This document shows positions 50,670-59,493 of a stretch of DNA of 64,000 nucleotides, in pieces. The stretch lies in contig DATHMK010000015.1 of the NCBI GenBank assembly GCA_035487155.1, forward strand, positions 67,840-131,839, given 5' to 3'. The position numbers and the translations under genes were made by a program. Numbering within the stretch: the first letter of the stretch is position 1; each line of letters opens with the position of its first letter. Source of the stretch: Steroidobacteraceae bacterium. Its GTDB lineage: Bacteria > Pseudomonadota > Gammaproteobacteria > Steroidobacterales > Steroidobacteraceae. The notes under the pieces were generated by a model that did not search any database, was not told the origin of the DNA, and saw only the letters and a list, made by a program, of their open reading frames with translations.

Positions 50670-51626
50670 TCATGAGGCTGACGGAAAGGGCCGGCCGTGG
50701 CGGGTTCTGAAGTGCTGATAGATTCCGCTGGTGTGAAAGAACTGCGCCGCATCGGCAAACGACTGGTCCGAGGCGATTGCGGTGACGAAGAAGGTGTGCG
50801 AGCCGATGGTTTCAAAGTCCAGAATCGAGCACTCGCGCACCCGCAGTGCACTGGCGGGATAGGGCAGCGAAAACCGGGTCGATCGCACCGTCTCGAAGGG
50901 CAGCTGGTCCCAGGCGACCATCGCATTCTTATGATGAACACCAAGCTTGTAGGCCAGCGCATAGTCGCGGGCCGGGACGTCCGACAAAGTCACCCGGCGG
51001 GCGCTCTTCATCGTGGCTATCGACGGACTGGTACTGCGCAGCGCCAGTGTAAAACGGTCGGCGGTCACCGGGCCTATCAGATCCATCGGGAAAATATTGC
51101 TGTGCGCGCCATCTTCCACGGACACCAGCACCACCGGGCGCGGGCAGATGTAGAAGATCATTTGCTGCTGCACGGCTTCCGGAGGCATGAAGAAATTATT
51201 CGGATCAGTATTACGGCGCATCCTGCGGTTCTGCAACCAACGGTTCCAGGGCCGGTAGGGCCAGCCCAGGCAGCGCTGAGTACCGCTTCGAACTTCGAAC
51301 AAACCGATGGCCGCCCCTGATGTGTGCCAGGTCCTGAGGTGGCGCAACTGCAGCAGCCCCACGGTGCGGCGGGATTCCTGATCCACGAATTGCAGCTCCG
51401 GTGGGCCGCCCTCAGCGACCGCGGCGATGCGCTGCGAGTCAAGGCCCACGGCCAGCGTCAGTGGTCGCAACGCGGCCACGACCGCAGCACCGGTTACATC
51501 GAAGTCAGCGCTGCCCGTCATCAGGCGGACCTGCACGGCATCCTGGGGCTGACGCAGCGCGACCGGCGGCCATTGCGGCAAGGGCCGCAGCCACTGCTTC
51601 AATACCTTTGGTACCCGTCGCGCCAT
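50670..51626 (-). CDS. Flavin-reductase-like (FMN-binding split-barrel) domain protein with N-terminal extension
   Basis: C-terminal ~190 aa carry CPRPVVLVSVEDGAHSNIFPMDL...IGSHTFFVTAIA, resembling the flavin reductase domain. The N-terminal ~120 aa are unassigned. Confidence 0.55.
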   Translation of the reverse strand: MARRVPKVLKQWLRPLPQWPPVALRQPQDAVQVRLMTGSADFDVTGAAVVAALRPLTLAVGLDSQRIAAVAEGGPPELQFVDQESRRTVGLLQLRHLRTWHTSGAAIGLFEVRSGTQRCLGWPYRPWNRWLQNRRMRRNTDPNNFFMPPEAVQQQMIFYICPRPVVLVSVEDGAHSNIFPMDLIGPVTADRFTLALRSTSPSIATMKSARRVTLSDVPARDYALAYKLGVHHKNAMVAWDQLPFETVRSTRFSLPYPASALRVRECSILDFETIGSHTFFVTAIASDQSFADAAQFFHTSGIYQHFRTRHGRPFPSAS

Positions 51627-51628
51627 GA

Positions 51629-52363
51629 TCAGCGTGTCTTTTCAAAGACCAGAAACAGGTAGCGGGATCTGGCCGCGTGCAGCCAGGAAAATCGACCGTC
51701 ACGGCGTGGATCGATGCCGAGCATGCTCTGCAGCCGGAAATGCGCTGCGCTGGCCGCGCGGAAGTGACGCAGCAGACGCCGGTAGTGTGGCGCCTGGGGT
51801 CCGGGCATGAACAGCTGTCCATCGCGCCACAGACGCGGTGCCTCACGCCACCACCAGCGGTGGCGCATTTCGCCGAGGAACAGTGGATTGAGCACGCTGG
51901 CCAGGACCCTGCCCTGGGGGAGGGTCAGCGCCTGGAATTTCGCAAACAGCTCGGGCAGATCATCGATGAGGTTGAGCGGCGCGAAATTCGATATCACCAG
52001 CTCGCATCCGCGCTCGTTGTCCTTGGCTTCAAGAAAATCCCGATAGGCTCTGCCATCAAGGGTGATGCGACCTGTGCCCATGAGGTCGCGGCAATGCTCG
52101 GCGAAGAAATCCCGCATTCTCGGATCCACTTCGTAGGCATCGACCGTGAAGCCGCGCTCGGCGAAAAACCGCGCATCGATGCCGGGGCCCGCACCGAAGT
52201 CGAACAGCCTGGCGCCCGGCGCGACCATGCGCAGCACCAGGTCCCGAAAGGCCGCGCGTGTGCGGCGGTCGGCGCATTGGGCGTTGATCTGACGGACATA
52301 CTCCGCGCCCGCCGGCGTGTGCTGAACATAGCGCAGGTCGGAATCATCGCGCGCGGCGCTCAT
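51629..52363 (-). CDS. Class I SAM-dependent methyltransferase
   Basis: Motif I RLFDFGAGPGIDARFFAERG, and acidic post-I residue in VDAYEVDPRM. Confidence 0.78.
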   Translation of the reverse strand: MSAARDDSDLRYVQHTPAGAEYVRQINAQCADRRTRAAFRDLVLRMVAPGARLFDFGAGPGIDARFFAERGFTVDAYEVDPRMRDFFAEHCRDLMGTGRITLDGRAYRDFLEAKDNERGCELVISNFAPLNLIDDLPELFAKFQALTLPQGRVLASVLNPLFLGEMRHRWWWREAPRLWRDGQLFMPGPQAPHYRRLLRHFRAASAAHFRLQSMLGIDPRRDGRFSWLHAARSRYLFLVFEKTR

Positions 52364-53121
52364 CAGACCCGCTCCAGTTCCAGAAGATAATGATCCGCCA
52401 ACCGCGGCAGCGGCCAGCGTGTCTCGAAGCGACGTTCAATTCGCTCCAGGGTGTCGAGCAGGCGCGGATACCGGCGCAGAGTGCCTTCCGTGTAGGGCGG
52501 GGGCAGCAGCGCTCCGATGGCAGAGACGCGCAGTGGCCGGAAGCCGGGCGCAAAGGCTGCCGTGGCTGCGCCAATGGATGGATAGCGGATCGTGACCCCG
52601 GCCCATTCGCGGCTGCGATGCAAACGGCGAAACGCCGCTGCGGGACGGCCGCGCGCCAGGAACCACAGCCACTCCCACGGTACGTGCGGTCCCATGATGC
52701 ACAGAATCGCCGTGGCACCGGGCCTGAGGCGCCCGGCCAGGGCGCAAGCCGCGCCCTTCAGGTCGGACACGCAATTCAGACCCCCGAAATTCGAGAGCAT
52801 GCCATCGAAGGGTCCGGCATCAAGGCCGCCGAGCTCTTCCCAGGCCAGCCTCCGGAACTGCACGGCAGCCCTCTGCGGCTGCGCATCGAGCTTGCGGTGC
52901 GCGACCTCAATCATGCGCGCGGATATGTCAGTTGCCAGAACCTGCATTCCCTGATTCGCCAGCCAGCCGGCGTCCTCCCCGGTGCCGCAGTTCATCTCCA
53001 GGATCCTGAAGCCGGGCCGGAAGCGCGCCGCGCAGCGCGCCCAAACGGCCGCGCGCATGGCTGCGCCGATGCGGGTGTGCGTGAACTGGCCGTCGTACGC
53101 TTCCGCGACAGAGTCGAACAC
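52363..53121 (-). CDS. Class I SAM-dependent methyltransferase
   Basis: Motif I ILEMNCGTGEDAGWLANQG, post-I VLATDIS. Proposed GTG start (VFDSVAEAYDGQF...) lies 20 nt after the upstream radical SAM stop. The track start at 53274 lies inside that gene. Confidence 0.72.
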   Translation of the reverse strand: MFDSVAEAYDGQFTHTRIGAAMRAAVWARCAARFRPGFRILEMNCGTGEDAGWLANQGMQVLATDISARMIEVAHRKLDAQPQRAAVQFRRLAWEELGGLDAGPFDGMLSNFGGLNCVSDLKGAACALAGRLRPGATAILCIMGPHVPWEWLWFLARGRPAAAFRRLHRSREWAGVTIRYPSIGAATAAFAPGFRPLRVSAIGALLPPPYTEGTLRRYPRLLDTLERIERRFETRWPLPRLADHYLLELERV

Positions 53122-53140
53122 GTACTCTCGCGCGGCCAGA

Positions 53141-54544
53141 TCAGGCCTCCGTTTCGGCGGCGAGCCCCAGCATCGACTCGCGCGCGTCGCGGGCCGCGGC
53201 GCGCTTCCGGGCGGCGGCCAACGGGTCCTGGGTGGCGATGCGCGTGGCTTCCACCTCGTTGCGCAGCCAGGCATCGGCCTGCTTGTAGTAGCCGCGCGAA
53301 TGCCGGCCCCGGATGCGAAAGTCGCGGTCCGTGGCCGCGGCCCAGTCCTTCTCCAGCACCACGGACTGCGCGGTCTTTTGAAAGTAGGCGGTGTTCTTGA
53401 TCGGATAGGCCACCGTCGTCAGGTAAATGTCCGGCTGGCATTCCTTCACCAGCTCGACGGTGGCCGCGATGTCCTCGATCTGCTCACCGCTGTAGCCCCA
53501 CATCAGGAACATGCCGACCTGGATGCCATAGCGCTTGGCCGCCTTCGCCGCCCAGGTCACCTCCTCGATGGTGACCCCGCGTTCCATGGCATCCAGAATC
53601 CGCTGGCTGCCGCTCTCCGAGCCAATCCAGATGCGATAGCAGCCCATCTGCGCGAGCGTCTCCAGAACCTCGTCCTTGAGCATCCGGTCGGCACGCGAAA
53701 TGGTCTCGAAGGGCACGCGCAGATTGCGGCGCTTCAGTTCCTTGGCATAGCCGTACAACCAGGGATGGCTGATGGTGAAGACATCATCCGCATACCAAAC
53801 CTGGTCAGGCCGCCAGGTCTGCATGATGTGCTCGAGTTCTGCCGCGCAGTCCATGAAACTGCGTCGCCGGTGGGTATAGCCATACACGGCGTGGGAACAC
53901 CAGTTGCAGCGATAGGGACAGCCGCGCGCGGTGATCATGTTGACACTGCCCATGCCGTGCTTCTCGCGCCAGACATCGACATAGCGCGCCTGGTCGATGC
54001 GGCCGCGATCCGGCCATGGCAGGGAGTCCAGGTCCGCGATCTTGACCCGCTCGGGGTTCGTGAGCACCACTCCCTGTTCGTCGCGGAAGGTGCAGCCCGC
54101 GACCCCATGCAGGCGATGGGGTCCGCGTGCAGCCAGTGCCGGCAACAGTTCCTCCAGGGTGGTTTCCCCTTCCCCCGTCACGATGACATCCGCGCCATGC
54201 GCCAGGTATTCGCCCGGATAGTTGGCGCACTCCGGCCCACCCAGCACCACCGTCCAGCCATGCCGCTTGGCGACGGCGATGATGTCCAGGACCGGGCGGC
54301 GGGTCATGAGATTGGTGTAGATGCCCAGCACCCCCCGGGTGTTTGCCAGCCGTTCGAAGAGCTGGCCGCGCTCGGCGAAGGTGGAATCGAAAATATCGAC
54401 CGCAAAGCCCGCCCGGCGCAGGTAGGCTGAGAGATACAAGAGACCCAGGGTGGGGTAGGGACGCATGATCTGCAGTTCCTTTTCGTCTTCGAAAAGGAAA
54501 TAGCCATGGGTCAGCAGCAGCTCGCACATCCCCGTAGGTGCCAC
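53141..54544 (-). CDS. Cobalamin-binding-domain (class B) radical SAM enzyme, copy 3 (paralogue of copy 1)
   Basis: PYPTLGLLYLSAYLRRAGFAVDIFDS...VVLGGPE B12-type region, cluster motif ARGCPYRCNWC, WIGSESGSQRILDAM and YPIKNTAYF. Confidence 0.88.
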   Translation of the reverse strand: MAPTGMCELLLTHGYFLFEDEKELQIMRPYPTLGLLYLSAYLRRAGFAVDIFDSTFAERGQLFERLANTRGVLGIYTNLMTRRPVLDIIAVAKRHGWTVVLGGPECANYPGEYLAHGADVIVTGEGETTLEELLPALAARGPHRLHGVAGCTFRDEQGVVLTNPERVKIADLDSLPWPDRGRIDQARYVDVWREKHGMGSVNMITARGCPYRCNWCSHAVYGYTHRRRSFMDCAAELEHIMQTWRPDQVWYADDVFTISHPWLYGYAKELKRRNLRVPFETISRADRMLKDEVLETLAQMGCYRIWIGSESGSQRILDAMERGVTIEEVTWAAKAAKRYGIQVGMFLMWGYSGEQIEDIAATVELVKECQPDIYLTTVAYPIKNTAYFQKTAQSVVLEKDWAAATDRDFRIRGRHSRGYYKQADAWLRNEVEATRIATQDPLAAARKRAAARDARESMLGLAAETEA

Positions 54545-54588
54545 TTTCGTGCCACGCGGTTCAACGGCTGGGCAACCAGGCTGCCGTA

Positions 54589-54607
54589 GGTCGCGCGCCG
54601 CGCGACC
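54589..54607 (-). terminator. GC-rich palindrome directly after the stop of the 54609 gene
   Basis: GGTCGCGCG-C-CGCGCGACC. No U-tract follows, so it is only a hairpin candidate. Confidence 0.25.
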
Positions 54608-54608
54608 C

Positions 54609-55202
54609 TTAAGTCGTTGAATTCACTCTGGTCATCGCCATCTCGACCGATACCGGATCCCAGGTACGACCGCCATCACCCGACAGCTCCGTGCTGTAGG
54701 TGAAGTGGTTCTTGTCGGTCAACCGATAGCGTTCCCGAATCTGGGTCTTGCCGTTGTCTGAAATGACCACGATGGTGCCGGCATCCTCGCTCACCGACCC
54801 CGAATGCGGGTTTACCTGTCTGCGTATGAAGGAATTCGAGACATTCAGGTACTCAATGATCCAGGCTTGGCGCTTCGAGTCGAACTGCCGAAAGCTGATC
54901 CCCAGATACGGCTTGCCATCCGGACCCAGCGAGTGGATCTCATCCGCTATGGCCATGCCGTCCAGGATGTATCGGCCGATCCAAGTCAACTCGAAGCGAG
55001 CTTGGCCTCCATCCGCAAGCCTGGTGCTGCCGGTACCTTGCCACTTGCCCACCAGGAACGAAAACAAATCAAGCTGCGCGGGTGCCTGGGCGTTCCTTGC
55101 GCCGAAGGTCGTGATGGGCGCTTCACCGGCCCTGCCGTGAGACGCAGTTCCGAGGTAGATGGCGCAGGCCGTGATGAGAACGATGAGCCGTCGACTTGCC
55201 AA
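54609..55202 (-). CDS. Secreted protein or possible lipoprotein, function unknown
   Basis: The track ORF starts at a TTG at 55235. An in-frame TTG at 55202, preceded by GAGAGG, gives (M)ASRRLIVLITACAIY... with a possible lipobox ITAC. The beta-rich remainder (FLVGKWQGTGS...) has no assigned family. Confidence 0.55.
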   Translation of the reverse strand: MASRRLIVLITACAIYLGTASHGRAGEAPITTFGARNAQAPAQLDLFSFLVGKWQGTGSTRLADGGQARFELTWIGRYILDGMAIADEIHSLGPDGKPYLGISFRQFDSKRQAWIIEYLNVSNSFIRRQVNPHSGSVSEDAGTIVVISDNGKTQIRERYRLTDKNHFTYSTELSGDGGRTWDPVSVEMAMTRVNSTT

Positions 55203-55245
55203 GATGGTTGGCCTCTCGAACCATTTGTTATACAATATAAAAGAT

Positions 55246-55578
55246 ATGAAGAAGGGTCAAGATCCACTCGGCTCCCTGGAGCACGTCGTGCTGCTTTCCG
55301 TGATGCGTCTGGGTACGAACGCCTACGGAGTGTCGGTACGCAGGGATATCCAGGGTACGACCGGGCGCGACATTTCAATCGGCGCCGTGTACGCCACGCT
55401 GATGCGGATGCAGTCCAAGGGCTTCATCAGGTCATACACCGGAGAACCCACTGCGGAACGCGGTGGTCGGGCGAAGCGTTACTTCCGCATGACCGCAGGC
55501 GGAGAGAGCGCATTGCGCAACACGCATGAGATCATCCTGAAGATGAGCGCCGGCCTCAAAGGTCTGCAGGTCAGCTGA
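55246..55578 (+). CDS. PadR family transcriptional regulator
   Basis: Starts at MKKGQDPLGSLEHVVLLSVMRLGTNAYGVSVRRDIQ...GAVYATLMRMQSKGFI (winged helix typical of PadR). Confidence 0.83.
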   Translation: MKKGQDPLGSLEHVVLLSVMRLGTNAYGVSVRRDIQGTTGRDISIGAVYATLMRMQSKGFIRSYTGEPTAERGGRAKRYFRMTAGGESALRNTHEIILKMSAGLKGLQVS

Positions 55579-56132
55579 TGCACAATCGAGCTGTGCGGTG
55601 GGTGGGGTGGGTATTTTCCTGGCTGGTGCCCGCAAATGAGCGCGAGGCTTTGCTGGGCGATCTGGCGGAGGAGTACGCGCTGCGCGCGCAGGGCGCCTCC
55701 TGCGCGGCGGCTTTCCGATGGTATCTGCGACAGGTCTGCGTATCTGCTCCGCCGCTGCTGTGGGTCAGGGTGGCGCGCGCTGCGTGGCCTGGCACGGTCG
55801 GCGTGGCGTTGCTGGCGTATGTCGCCGTCGCGGTCGTTGAGATAACTGTCAATTGGGCGATCGCCCACTTATCGGCAGTGGGCGCAGCCGCCTACAACCC
55901 GCTTGGGATGGCCCTGACCTTCCCGATGGTGGTTTTGATTGGCTATTTCGCCGCAGGGTATCGGCGCAGCGCCGCCATCGTTCTGGCGGTGATGATGCTG
56001 CTCGCGGTTTCGGTCATGACCCTAACCACGACTGAGCACGTCCCCCTCTGGTACCGGGTCGCGTACTTCCTCGTGGGGCCCGCGGCGGCGTTCATTGGCA
56101 GCGGGCTAAGCAGGGGCCGGTCGGGCCGCTGA
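55578..56132 (+). CDS. Membrane protein translationally coupled to PadR
   Basis: Its ATG shares one base with the last base of the PadR stop codon. The cytoplasmic N-terminus (EREALLGDLAEEYALRAQ) resembles the prefix found on PadR-associated permeases. Four to five TM helices follow. Confidence 0.58.
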   Translation: MHNRAVRWVGWVFSWLVPANEREALLGDLAEEYALRAQGASCAAAFRWYLRQVCVSAPPLLWVRVARAAWPGTVGVALLAYVAVAVVEITVNWAIAHLSAVGAAAYNPLGMALTFPMVVLIGYFAAGYRRSAAIVLAVMMLLAVSVMTLTTTEHVPLWYRVAYFLVGPAAAFIGSGLSRGRSGR

Positions 56133-56159
56133 TGAGCCGGGCCCCAGGGCCCGGCTCAT
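56132..56159. terminator. Bidirectional terminator-like hairpin between convergent genes
   Basis: ATGAGCCGGGCC-CCAG-GGCCCGGCTCAT: a 12-bp perfect stem with a 4-nt loop. It starts at the last base of the 55578-56132 stop codon. Confidence 0.5.
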
Positions 56160-56176
56160 CGCCTGCGTTGTCGGTC

Positions 56177-56647
56177 TCAGTCCTTGAACACACGTCGGGC
56201 CGCATTGATGGCCCCATCGATATGGCCGATGGCGCGGTCCCTGAGCCCGTTTGCGAACCCGTTGTTTTCGGCGCCCGAGACATCGGCGCGCGCCTTGCGC
56301 AGATACTCCACGGCCTCATGGATCCGACCACGATGATCGGGGTGTTCATCCAGCGGCGGGTGATCGGCGAGGTTCTTGCCATCATCGATCGAAGCGTGCT
56401 TGATTTCATTGATGGCCGCGTCGATCCGACGCACCGCCTCCATTTCGTCGCCGGTCTGGGCCCAGTCACCGGGCCGATGCTCGATCAGCCAACGCGCCGC
56501 GCGCAGATCCGTCAGCGCGTGCAGGTAGGCAGGATGATGCGCCTGCGGCGCTGGCGGTGGCGGCGGTGCGGCGACGCATCCGGCCAGTGTCGCGACGACT
56601 ATTAGAACCAAACCCACTAACGTCGTGTTCTTTCGACAAGCTTTCAT
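56177..56647 (-). CDS. Lipoprotein, helical, function unknown
   Basis: Starts at MKACRKNTTLVGLVLIVVATLAGC (lipobox LAGC), followed by a Pro-rich linker and helical repeats. Confidence 0.6.
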   Translation of the reverse strand: MKACRKNTTLVGLVLIVVATLAGCVAAPPPPPAPQAHHPAYLHALTDLRAARWLIEHRPGDWAQTGDEMEAVRRIDAAINEIKHASIDDGKNLADHPPLDEHPDHRGRIHEAVEYLRKARADVSGAENNGFANGLRDRAIGHIDGAINAARRVFKD

Positions 56648-57060
56648 CGTATATGCTCCCGTTCGATGGCGTTCAAATGGTGCGGCATCGTACGCAGCGC
56701 CGTGTGCGGCGCAGAAGTCCAATGCGCCGGAACTGTGACCGGAACGACATAAAGCAAATAGATCTCAAGGGGGCTTATGGACATGTGCGGCGGCTCGCGG
56801 CCAGAAGTTGTCCCTCGACTGTGCGAACTCACAACCTGCAAGCGGCCGTTCGATTCATGGAAAAACAACGGGCGCCGACACCAGCCATTTATGAGACCGG
56901 ACCCGCGGCAGACGTGATGGCACAACAAAAACAACCGCTTGCGACCGTCCGATGTGGCGCTGCAGATGTTTGATAGAGGCGAGCCGAAGACAATGTAGAC
57001 ACTGTGGAGCGCGCCAAGGGATAAGAGGCGTGGTTAGTCCTCAGGTCTGGAAACGACGAG

Positions 57061-58770
57061 ATGACGGAACCATCAACGCCCCCGCAGGGAGAGGCCAGGG
57101 AACCACCGCCAGCTGCCAGTGCGCCGCAGGCAGCCGCCACTTCCCCCGCAAACCTTTGGGTGAGGCTCTGGGAGCATAAGGTCCTCCAGTGGAGCCTTGC
57201 CTATCTGGGCGCTGCAATCGCGATCGCGCACGGTCAGGAGCTCGTGGCGGAGGCGTTCGAATGGCCACACCTGATCGGACGGCTCCTCATGAGCCTTCTT
57301 GTGGTTGGGTTTCCCATCGTGATCACACTCGCGTGGTACCACGGCCACAAGCGGCTGAAGCAAATCGGTGCAGGTGAGCTGGGAATTATATCGGTGCTGG
57401 TTGTTATCGCGGCGGGGCTGCTCGTGGTCTTCGTGCGCCTACCGGGGGAGCAAGTGCAAGCTCGGATGGAGCAAACTTCACATCAAGACATTTCACAATC
57501 TCCGCGAACGGCGATGACCGTGCCTGCGGGAGTGTCAATCGCCGTACTGCCGTTCGTCGATATGTCTCCCGAGCACAATCAAGACTACTTCTCCGACGGG
57601 CTCTCAGAAGAAGTGCTAAATCAGCTGGCGCAAATCAAGGAGCTGAGGGTGACCGGACGTACCTCGAGCTTCTCGTTCAAGGGCAAGAACGAGGACCTGC
57701 GCGTAATCGGAGAGAAGCTCGGTGTTAATCATCTGTTGGAAGGCAGCGTGCGCAAGTCCGATAAGCGCTTGCGCGTCACCGCGCAGCTCATCAACGCTGC
57801 TGACGGCACTCATCTGTGGTCACACAGCTATGACAGCGAGTTGACCGATGTCTTCGCAGTTCAGGAACAAATCGCGATTGCCGTCGCTCAAGCCCTGAGC
57901 ATTACGCTGGATGTCGGTGAGATGTCACGGGCCAAGGGTGGTACAACCAATGTTGAGGCTTACGACAGATATCTACAGGCCCGTACGATCTCTAATCGGG
58001 GTTACGGACGTCAAGATCTCCTGAGGGCCACGGAACTGTACCGCGAGGCGCTGGCGATTGATCCTAAGTTCGCGCGCGCCTGGAGCGCTCTGTACTCTGT
58101 GCTGGCAGCCACGTTGATCTATCTCCCAGAGAATGCCACTTCAGCACGTAAGGAGATGGCCGACGCGAGCGCGCACATGATTGCGCTAGCGCCGGATGCC
58201 TGGTGGACGCAGGCTATGCGCGCCAGGCAGCTTACAGAGAACCACAGATGGGCAGACGCTGAAGCCGCTTCGAACGCCGCGCAGGCGGCAGCGCCAGTCT
58301 CTGAAGTCGAAGCTGTCGAAGCGTATTCCATCTTTCTGTGGACCGTTGGGCGCGCGACCGAGGCGACTGAAGTCGGGGAGCGTGTCCGTCAGAGAGATCC
58401 ATTGTCGCTTGGACTCTCATACCTACTGCAGATAAGTCTCTGCATGTCCGATCGCATGGAGGATTATCAGGCGGAATATCAGCGGAGCAAGGGGTTGGCC
58501 GGCGACCACGTCGAGATAGATAGACTTGCGGCAACGTGCCACAGAACCGTGGCACTGGACTCGACACTGGACTCGCTGCACCAAAACTACGTCGCACAGA
58601 ATGGCACGAATATCGGCATTATGTGGATCTTGAGCAAGAACGGCCTGCGCACTAATCCGCGTTTCAAGGGTCTGCTGCGCGATCTGGGCTTGGTGGAATA
58701 CTTCCGAGCCAGCGGGAAGTGGGGGGATTTCTGCAAGCCGGTTGGCACGGATGATTTCGAGTGTCACTGA
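57061..58770 (+). CDS. Membrane-anchored protein with TolB-N/FlgO-like domain and TPR repeats
   Basis: Three TM helices, then IAVLPFVDMSPEHNQDYFSDGLSEEVLNQLAQIKELRVTGRTSSF...HLLEGSVRKSDKRLRVTAQLINAADGTHLW (typical TolB-N-like module), then TPR-like helices. Confidence 0.68.
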   Translation: MTEPSTPPQGEAREPPPAASAPQAAATSPANLWVRLWEHKVLQWSLAYLGAAIAIAHGQELVAEAFEWPHLIGRLLMSLLVVGFPIVITLAWYHGHKRLKQIGAGELGIISVLVVIAAGLLVVFVRLPGEQVQARMEQTSHQDISQSPRTAMTVPAGVSIAVLPFVDMSPEHNQDYFSDGLSEEVLNQLAQIKELRVTGRTSSFSFKGKNEDLRVIGEKLGVNHLLEGSVRKSDKRLRVTAQLINAADGTHLWSHSYDSELTDVFAVQEQIAIAVAQALSITLDVGEMSRAKGGTTNVEAYDRYLQARTISNRGYGRQDLLRATELYREALAIDPKFARAWSALYSVLAATLIYLPENATSARKEMADASAHMIALAPDAWWTQAMRARQLTENHRWADAEAASNAAQAAAPVSEVEAVEAYSIFLWTVGRATEATEVGERVRQRDPLSLGLSYLLQISLCMSDRMEDYQAEYQRSKGLAGDHVEIDRLAATCHRTVALDSTLDSLHQNYVAQNGTNIGIMWILSKNGLRTNPRFKGLLRDLGLVEYFRASGKWGDFCKPVGTDDFECH

Positions 58771-59004
58771 AGCAGCCAAGAGTTGAATCATCCGTTTTCT
58801 GATGCCCGATAGTTGCCATTGACGACGGTCAGCTTCGGGTGCACAACCGGACATTCGGAGTGCGACGGCCCGGGCAGCAGGTGTCGGGAACTATATTCGG
58901 CGCCTTCGGCCAATAGGGGCTGTTGGAGGTCAGCCTTTGGCCGCCCGAAAAATGCGGCTCGCTGGGGCTGCATCGGATGTCAGGGTTTTAAACTTCATTA
59001 AGCG

Positions 59005-59493
59005 GTGATGTTCTGTGACGCATTAGTCACCAACAACAGCAAGGGAAGGATATCGAACGTGCCAGACACGGAATACGAAATCTATCGGCCAGCCTTCGCC
59101 TACTTGGATCTAGTTCGAGTAGCGCTAGGGACACTTGTTGATGGTGAGCACTTCTTTGACTGTGTCGCTGACGATATCGTCTATGAGGTCCTCTACGACT
59201 TTCCTGGATGGCCCCGACTCATCAACGGACGAGCCGACCTGTTAAAGAGTTTCCGTGGATACGTACAGCACATCAAGCTGCATTCCGCAGATCATCTGAT
59301 AAAGCATTCGGCCGATAATGGACAGGTCATGGTGATCGAGTACGAAGTTCACGGGACAATTCTCGCCACCGGCGTCGCGTACAACAATCGCTTCTGTTCG
59401 ATCATCAAACTTGAGACACGAAAGATTGCGCATTGGAGGGACTATATGGACTCTCTCGCCGCCTGGAACGCGTTGACGTTCGGCGCATCTTAG
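59005..59493 (+). CDS. NTF2/SnoaL-like fold protein
   Basis: About 160 aa ending ...FCSIIKLETRKIAHWRDYMDSLAAW, a pattern typical of SnoaL/ketosteroid-isomerase-like proteins. Confidence 0.55.
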   Translation: MMFCDALVTNNSKGRISNVPDTEYEIYRPAFAYLDLVRVALGTLVDGEHFFDCVADDIVYEVLYDFPGWPRLINGRADLLKSFRGYVQHIKLHSADHLIKHSADNGQVMVIEYEVHGTILATGVAYNNRFCSIIKLETRKIAHWRDYMDSLAAWNALTFGAS

